DNA of 64,000 bases from positions 9,536 to 73,535 of the IMG/VR virus record IMGVR_UViG_2568526092_000002, one strand, 5' to 3'. This stretch comes from a virus. Its lineage: Duplodnaviria; Caudoviricetes. The translations under genes and the position numbers were made by a program. Every line of letters begins with the position of its first letter. Within the stretch, counting starts at the first letter, position 1. This document shows positions 58,696-64,000 of this stretch, one piece after another. The notes under the pieces are model-generated. The model was not told the origin of the DNA. It worked only from the letters and a program-made list of their open reading frames with translations, and did not search any database.

Positions 58696-59040
58696 TTATA
58701 ATAGCTGTGCAAGGAAATTCATGTCTTCCGCATCGGCTACTTTATAACCATTCACGTATTTACCGTCAGTTGTTACTTCCTCTTCACTGGTTGAATCATC
58801 AGCAGGAACGCTTCCGCCGAACAGACCGCCAAGCGACATGGTAGAAACCTTGATAGTAAACTGAATGTGTTCGTTGCATTGTTCCAAGTAGTAACCTAAC
58901 TGAGGTAAGGTTAACTGCCACACATCATGCTTTTTCAAGTGGCAATAGTGGGCAAGTTTGAAGAAGATGTTAGCCCAATCGACAGGCGGCTGACTGTCAT
59001 AGTCTTCTTCCTCTTCCTGAGTGGTTACATGGACTTTTTT
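58696..59040 (-). CDS. Tail assembly chaperone, frameshift-extension (T-like) part
   Basis: In the -1 frame relative to the upstream chaperone, entered at the slippery site; DWANIFF...W.LT.PQL pattern. Confidence 0.75.
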   Translation of the reverse strand, partial: KKVHVTTQEEEEDYDSQPPVDWANIFFKLAHYCHLKKHDVWQLTLPQLGYYLEQCNEHIQFTIKVSTMSLGGLFGGSVPADDSTSEEEVTTDGKYVNGYKVADAEDMNFLAQLL

Positions 59041-59483
59041 AGCCCATTGAGACCAATCATGCAATCGATAATCTGTTTAGCCGTCTCCAAATCAACGTAC
59101 TCGCCAAGATGCTCGACCGTCATGTGTTTGTAATATGGCTTAAATGCCATAAGGAGCACTTCAAGCAATTCTTCAAATCTATCTTCCCCATCTTCAGGGA
59201 TAAGGTTAGCGATGATTACACCGGAATCAATCGTATTAAGTCTCTTCATCAATCTTCGAGCATCAAGCAACCCTAGTGGTGGGATGTAATAAGTCTTACC
59301 GTCACGTAAACGAACCTGTTCATCTGTCTCGAAGAATACTTTCTCGCGAATGTCAGCTTCCTCTTGGGTCAGTGGCTTCTTCTCTTCTTCAGCTGTTACC
59401 TGTGGAGTCTGCTCTTCTACTTGACTGGCTACTTCTTCAGCGATGCCGCCAGCTTTTGGGATAACTAAATCTCGTTCACTCAT
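59025..59483 (-). CDS. Tail assembly chaperone (G-like)
   Basis: Between the major tail and tape measure genes; probable start MSERD at 59483. Confidence 0.8.
   Translation of the reverse strand: MSERDLVIPKAGGIAEEVASQVEEQTPQVTAEEEKKPLTQEEADIREKVFFETDEQVRLRDGKTYYIPPLGLLDARRLMKRLNTIDSGVIIANLIPEDGEDRFEELLEVLLMAFKPYYKHMTVEHLGEYVDLETAKQIIDCMIGLNGLKKSM
59034..59040 (-). other. Programmed -1 ribosomal frameshift site A AAA AAG
   Basis: GGG CTA AAA AAG TCC ATG TAA at the end of the chaperone; the -1 frame is open into ORF 58696..59064. Confidence 0.85.
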
Positions 59484-59572
59484 TTTAATAGCCCCCTTTA
59501 TATTTCTCCCCCAAGAAAAGTGAATCGAATTGACCACAGAGCGGGGGAAGTCCCTGCAATCAACTCACAGAA

Positions 59573-59602
59573 CATTCTAAGTAAGTAAACCTAGACTCTA
59601 AC
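59573..59602 (-). promoter_or_regulatory. Candidate late promoter GTTA-N17-CTTAGAATG
   Basis: Read directly between the major-tail terminator and the chaperone gene. Confidence 0.55.
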
Positions 59603-59617
59603 ATTAGGTATGTAAAA

Positions 59618-59637
59618 AGACTCCCCGAAGGGAGTCT
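59618..59637 (-). terminator. Rho-independent terminator after the major tail gene
   Basis: AGACTCCC-4nt-GGGAGTCT followed by a T-run. Confidence 0.8.
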
Positions 59638-59642
59638 AGTGA

Positions 59643-60701
59643 TTAGCAATCTTCCGCAGATACAGAACCAACTTCGTAACGCTTGATAGAACCAAGCTTA
59701 CCGTCCGGACGTTCAGGGTCGATTACAGTCAGCGTTACGCTATGCGTGGACGCTTGTTGACGTTGTGCGTCGAGAGTGAAGTTGGACTTCACACGGCATT
59801 GGAACAACTCAGTTTGATAACCTTGGATTGTACCGTCCTTCTGCTCGAACTGACCATCGTGAACAACGTGTACTGTCAACGGCATGTCCTTGGTTGTGAT
59901 ATCGAGGATATCAACAACTTCGTTCCGCTTGTAGTTGACATAAATGTTTACATCATTGAGGGCCGAGTTGAACTTCAGAATGCCGCCACTTACTAAGTAC
60001 TGGTCTTCAGTAGGAGTAGAGCTAGTCGTTTTCTTCAGCAATTTGTTACCTTGCAGAGTACGAACAGAAATCTGAGGGTCAACGTTCAGGGATGCTCCGT
60101 ACACAAGATCAACAGTAAAGTCTGAGCCGTTCTGTTTAACCGTGTGCTTTTCTTCCAGCACCCACACGAAGCCGTCAGGGTCTGGTGTAATCCCAGCCAG
60201 TGCCGCAGCGTAAACGATGACAACCGTTTTACCTGCCAGCGCCATATCGAATACGACATCCTGACCCGTTACCGTAACGTCTGCACTCAGGTCAGCGCCG
60301 CCCACAGCACCCTCGAAAGACTTAGGTGTTGGAGAAGCAAGAGCGACTTGAGTAAGTTTCGCTTGATACGGAGAAGCGGAAGGGACTACAAAGGTCTCAG
60401 TGACCATGCTGTACGCCGAACCAGAAATTCCTTCACGGAGTTTCGAGCCAGTAGCCAAACGTACAAGGTTAAGGTCGAACTTAGCGGATTCCGCTGTGAT
60501 ATCAATTGTCTTCTTACGAAGCAACGTATCCAGTGCTACGCTAGAGTCACCGCCCTCAATGTCCTGCATGTCCAGCTGAATATCCAGACGCATGTTGTTC
60601 AGCGTACCGATTGTAACGAGGTCGTCACAGTTCGGGATTTTCGCCATGAACTTACCAGCGCCCTTAATCAACATTTTTTTGTTCTTAGTAATCTTACTCA
60701 T
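59643..60701 (-). CDS. Major tail (tube) protein with internal insertion domains
   Basis: Position before the chaperones and tape measure; beta-rich; no sheath gene nearby. Confidence 0.75.
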   Translation of the reverse strand: MSKITKNKKMLIKGAGKFMAKIPNCDDLVTIGTLNNMRLDIQLDMQDIEGGDSSVALDTLLRKKTIDITAESAKFDLNLVRLATGSKLREGISGSAYSMVTETFVVPSASPYQAKLTQVALASPTPKSFEGAVGGADLSADVTVTGQDVVFDMALAGKTVVIVYAAALAGITPDPDGFVWVLEEKHTVKQNGSDFTVDLVYGASLNVDPQISVRTLQGNKLLKKTTSSTPTEDQYLVSGGILKFNSALNDVNIYVNYKRNEVVDILDITTKDMPLTVHVVHDGQFEQKDGTIQGYQTELFQCRVKSNFTLDAQRQQASTHSVTLTVIDPERPDGKLGSIKRYEVGSVSAEDC

Positions 60702-61163
60702 TCAGAAAACCTCCTTATATTCATCTATCCCAATGGTGAAGCATATTTGGGTGAAATACTTGTAGGTGTTCTCTAGATCAATGTCGTCTTCAGCACTTGT
60801 GACATACTCACCCTTGAACACACTTCCTTTTGGCATCCAAAAGTATTGGACGTCGAAAATTTGGCAAATACGGTCAGCGATGTTCACTGCCAGTTCCACG
60901 TCATCCTGTGTATAGATATCGAAGTCAACGATGAACCTATACTCAAGGTGATTTTCGCCTCTTGCGCCAGGATTTTTGTAGAACGTAATCAAGGGCAAGT
61001 TGTGCTGAACTAAGTCCTTCGGCTTCTTCCTCTTCTGAATCTTCGTTCCCAAATCTTCCAGAGAAGTGTCTGCCGCCAGCCCTAGCATGGCAAAAATCTC
61101 AGGGTCATGACGAAGCGTGGAATGAATATAGGCGTAAACATCAGAGACGCTGATCTTTCCCAT
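60702..61163 (-). CDS. Tail terminator/completion-like protein
   Basis: Directly upstream of the major tail gene; LPLITFY...FDIYT...IADRI pattern; probable start MGKISV at 61163. Confidence 0.6.
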   Translation of the reverse strand: MGKISVSDVYAYIHSTLRHDPEIFAMLGLAADTSLEDLGTKIQKRKKPKDLVQHNLPLITFYKNPGARGENHLEYRFIVDFDIYTQDDVELAVNIADRICQIFDVQYFWMPKGSVFKGEYVTSAEDDIDLENTYKYFTQICFTIGIDEYKEVF

Positions 61164-61167
61164 ATCA

Positions 61168-61432
61168 TCACATCCTCTTATGAATGCTTCGTATACCAAT
61201 ATAAGTTGAAATGGGTATATTTCTAACCGCCCTGTGTACTGCGTTGTCCACCATCGAAATGGACTTATTAAGGCTATATTCGAACAGTGAGACGGTGGAA
61301 TCTCTACCTAAATGGTTCTTTTTCATTCTATTAGGAGCGCTCCTGACGTTGGATTCATGGATGTTGTCGCCCAAGTCTACCCACTGCCCATAGGGTCTTT
61401 AGAAGCTAAGTAGCTGGTGTGTGTTCTATCGA
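61168..61432 (-). pseudogene. Decayed neck/tail-completion-like gene
   Basis: Short broken frames (…PYGQWVDLGDNIHESNV…IPISTYIGIRSIHKRM*) at the position where such a gene normally lies; stop overlaps the RBS of the next gene. Confidence 0.35.
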
Positions 61433-61465
61433 TGACCATCACCTTCCATCCCAACTGCCCTTTCT

Positions 61466-61804
61466 TTACTTGATTTCGATAATGGATGCCACAGGCTGGC
61501 TACCCGAAGTCATAAATAGCTTCCGAGCCTTGAAAGCCTTTTGCTCCTTGAAAAGCAAACGTTGCTCTTCATTGCCCACTCGGAGATTCGGCTTGTCACT
61601 AACATAGATATCTCCGAAGCCCAAGTTCTCGACAATCAAGGTTGTATCTTCTTCTTGAGCGTTATAAATGAACTGACCGAAGATAGAAAGTTGTTGGGTG
61701 AACTCTGCAACCACATCGCCCTCCAATCCATCCACGCTAACCGTCTCGGTCTCTTTCTCAGGGGCTTTAGGAGTCCTCTTCCGTTTGTTTGTTGTTCCTG
61801 CCAT
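61466..61804 (-). CDS. Hypothetical protein, first intact gene of the tail operon
   Basis: 112 aa, GAGGGGAG RBS. Confidence 0.7.
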   Translation of the reverse strand: MAGTTNKRKRTPKAPEKETETVSVDGLEGDVVAEFTQQLSIFGQFIYNAQEEDTTLIVENLGFGDIYVSDKPNLRVGNEEQRLLFKEQKAFKARKLFMTSGSQPVASIIEIK

Positions 61805-61954
61805 TGTTAAAATGCTCCCCTCATTGTGATATGTAATAATTCAAACCAAGTAAAAAGTCGTCCACTAATTTCTGACCAGACTTGTGTTCAGACGGGTAAA
61901 CATGTTCTTTCAGCATCCCAAACTTCTTACCACCTTTCTGTCTTTGTCACAAGT

Positions 61955-61984
61955 CATTATAGGTAGGTGGAGTCTCGCTTTAAC
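61955..61984 (-). promoter_or_regulatory. Candidate late promoter GTTA-N17-CCTATAATG heading the tail operon
   Basis: Read directly. Confidence 0.6.
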
Positions 61985-62090
61985 CGAAAGCTTTTAAAAA
62001 CAAATAGCGTGACCCGCAGGGTAACGCCACGCTTTGCATAGTTTTACTCAGTGAGTATTTTCACTACCCCTTGCCAATGTTTTATTATTC

Positions 62091-62135
62091 TATATATCTT
62101 TCTTTTATATATCTTTCTTTTATATCTCTTTATAC
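62091..62135. repeat. 15-bp tandem repeat TATATATCTTTCTTT x2 plus a partial third copy
   Basis: Copies at 62091-62105 and 62106-62120, degenerate copy from 62121. Confidence 0.8.
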
Positions 62136-62349
62136 GGTGTAAACTTTACAATACAGAACTCACAACAAATGCACTTTTTACACTTCATAGGGGTCTGTAT
62201 GGTAAACCGTACACTTCAGACATAACATGCAGTACGTATCTGGCGGCGGGTGCTAGATATTGTATAAAAAGTGATATATGAACACGTATATAATCTACTA
62301 ATCTTGTGAATAATGTCTCTACCCACAAAATGAGAGGTAGTGAGATTAC

Positions 62350-62628
62350 ATGAGAGCAAGCACGTACGGCGTGGTAAAGGACGTAGAAAACGAGAGGTAT
62401 TTACTGGCGGCTGACCTATTCGAGAGAGGGTTGAATGCTTCGGCTATTACCACATACCTTGCGGTGACGAAGCTTCTGAGCGATGGTAGGACGGAGTTCC
62501 CGTTGCAAGATGAAATCGTAAAGCTGACTAAACTGAGCAGGAAAACAGTTGTCATATCGTTACAGGCTTTGGAGGATTGCGGACTACTGGTCTACGTTTA
62601 TACCAAAAGAAACAGAGCCACGGCGTAA
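62350..62628 (+). CDS. wHTH protein (HTH_36-like), possibly truncated
   Basis: EFPLQDEIVKLTKLSRKTVVISLQALEDCGLL; GAGAGG RBS; the only plausible intact plus-strand gene. Confidence 0.65.
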   Translation: MRASTYGVVKDVENERYLLAADLFERGLNASAITTYLAVTKLLSDGRTEFPLQDEIVKLTKLSRKTVVISLQALEDCGLLVYVYTKRNRATA

Positions 62629-62862
62629 GTTGCCTGTGGCTTTGTCTTTAGTTTCTGGATGCCCCCATGAGGGAAGGCATTGGCCAGTGTTCCAGTTCTT
62701 CAGGGTCTTTTGCAAAGTCCATGTTCAAGTCTTCCCATTTGATGTTCGGGTTGATTTTCCACGATGCCCGATAGATGACATTATCTCTGGAAACTCAGGG
62801 TCTTGTCCCTGTTTGTACTTGTACATCTCTTCCGAATCGGCAAATTCAGCTATATCAATCCA
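62600..62862 (-). pseudogene. Putative terminase large subunit relic
   Basis: Frameshifted fragments WIDIAEFADSEE and IYRASWKINPNIKWEDLNMDFAKDPEE, recalling the [ST]WE[VI]NP...ED...F..DP motif of large-phage TerL proteins (recalled, not searched). Confidence 0.45.
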
Positions 62863-63004
62863 TCCCTTCTAAGCGCATATCAAAACGTTCAATCATAAAC
62901 TCGAAAACGGCAGACAGGTTTCCCTCAAAATAGTGGTCAGCCACCTCCTGCAAATACTTTTTATTCTCCGGAGTTGTTCTCAAGTAGATTCTCTCTGTTT
63001 TCAT
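62855..63004 (-). CDS. 49-aa ribbon-helix-helix-like protein (below the ORF-track cutoff)
   Basis: Manual translation MKTERIYLRTTPENKKYLQEVADHYFEGNLSAVFEFMIERFDMRLEGMD*; GAGAGGG RBS; start overlaps the upstream stop. Confidence 0.65.
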   Translation of the reverse strand: MKTERIYLRTTPENKKYLQEVADHYFEGNLSAVFEFMIERFDMRLEGMD

Positions 63005-63264
63005 CACGATAACCCTCTCTTCTTCATACACGGTCTACAGCCAGTGAGTGTTTTTGGCAGAACTTGCATCCGTTGGTTAGAATCATCTAACTCTTCAGGC
63101 AAGACCAAGTAGCCGTATCGGTTCATGACTTTTCCCGTAATTTTACCGATACAATGGAGACAAAGCAGGGGTTCTCCTTGAAGCCCTTCGGCAACAAAGT
63201 TCTCCCTTGCTTTATCTGTGACGTACCTGAACTCGCACTTAATGCACTTGATTAGCGAATCCAT
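63004..63264 (-). CDS. Zinc-ribbon hypothetical protein
   Basis: CIKC...CLHC. Confidence 0.6.
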   Translation of the reverse strand: MDSLIKCIKCEFRYVTDKARENFVAEGLQGEPLLCLHCIGKITGKVMNRYGYLVLPEELDDSNQRMQVLPKTLTGCRPCMKKRGLS

Positions 63265-63776
63265 TTTACGTCAATCCCTTTGTTCGACTTCTTACCGGAA
63301 AGAGTCAAGTGTGATTGAGATGGGAACGATTCTTCAAAGCCGTCACGCACCGCATACTCCGCAGTGTTGACAATCGTATTTCGGCAAACCAGCCAACGCT
63401 TCTCTTCTCGAACCAATCCATTGTACGGGTCAATAGCGAATCTCTTGATTGGCTTACTAAATTCCTTGTGCCAATGCCCACAATATGTAACGTTCAAAGG
63501 TTTTACAGGCTCAAGCTTGTCCATTACAAAATAAATTGGTTCTCTTGGATACATATATTGTATATATATTCCACCTTTACTGAGTTTTATGACTCCTTCA
63601 ATATAGTCACCGTTCAGTAGAATACGAAAGTTATGTTCATTAGTCTTGGCGAAGTCAATCGCTCTATCAAGCAACCTAATATCGGCGGCTTCAGACCCGA
63701 TATGCAAATCATTAAGTAATAGTACATTCAAGTTCTTCACCGATGGGGCGGTAAAACCTGATTTCAGGTATTTCAT
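63252..63776 (-). pseudogene. Calcineurin-like metallophosphoesterase with an in-frame internal deletion
   Basis: DLH, NGD and GHxH motifs present, but the intervening GNH[DE] and H motifs are absent; only ~40 aa between NGD and GHWH. Confidence 0.6.
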
Positions 63777-63778
63777 TG

Positions 63779-64000
63779 TTATCCCCCTAGTCCAAGTAAT
63801 TTTCTACGTATCTCCGCTTTCTTCTTATCTTGAGCACAAGGTCGGCACTCGTAAATTCCCATGTACCTATCCACTAACTCTTGATAAGGAACATTCAAGG
63901 TATCCGATAGACAGTGGATACATTTACTGCCTTCCGTCTCATAGATAGTGGCTAGAGCCTTTGCATTCTGCGTAATAAACCTTCCGCAACCGCATTTCAA
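63779..64000 (-). CDS. Cys-rich hypothetical protein (may extend beyond the window)
   Basis: CxC...CxxC...CxxC; reaches the window edge. Confidence 0.55.
   Translation of the reverse strand: MKCGCGRFITQNAKALATIYETEGSKCIHCLSDTLNVPYQELVDRYMGIYECRPCAQDKKKAEIRRKLLGLGG

Noticed and set aside
59643-61804. Contractile (PBSX/R-type/eCIS) tail system
   Set aside because: No sheath or recognisable baseplate wedge (gpJ/gp25) genes were seen; tube, frameshifted chaperones, long TMP and Dit/Tal order fit a non-contractile tail.
1-64000. CRISPR array, tRNA/rRNA genes, IS elements, att sites
   Set aside because: No regularly spaced repeat-spacer array, cloverleaf, transposase motif or identifiable attachment core was seen by eye; short tRNAs or att cores could have been missed.

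Overview
A 64-kb segment of a large temperate, long non-contractile-tailed (siphovirus-type) phage element from a Bacillota host; SLH domains and the M23/3D/Amidase_2 enzymes point to Bacillales such as Paenibacillus or Brevibacillus, which is inference. Almost everything is on the minus strand. From high to low coordinates it carries: (i) a decayed stretch where packaging/head genes would be expected (terminase-like relic, internally deleted metallophosphoesterase, no portal/capsid/protease ORF); (ii) an apparently intact ~43-kb tail module (terminator-like protein, major tail protein, chaperone pair with an A AAA AAG -1 frameshift site, 1735-aa tape measure, two SLH-bearing proteins, M23+3D tail lysin, two paralogous gene triplets, a 1289-aa acidic protein and a 2188-aa Gly-rich/DNRLRE repeat fibre); (iii) a lysis cassette; (iv) an intact replisome plus sigma factor (initiator, DnaC-like loader, DnaB-like helicase, primase, sigma, SSB-like, PolA); (v) accessory genes, many pseudogenised. 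Main observations: a possibly capsid-less, tail-producing element that keeps its own replisome; a tail-protein domain fused to an HExxH metallopeptidase with a small Cys-rich partner; and a bipartite promoter-like motif (GNTA-N17-CYTAKAWTG) read directly at 8 module boundaries. All functional calls come from motif recognition by eye; no database searches were run.
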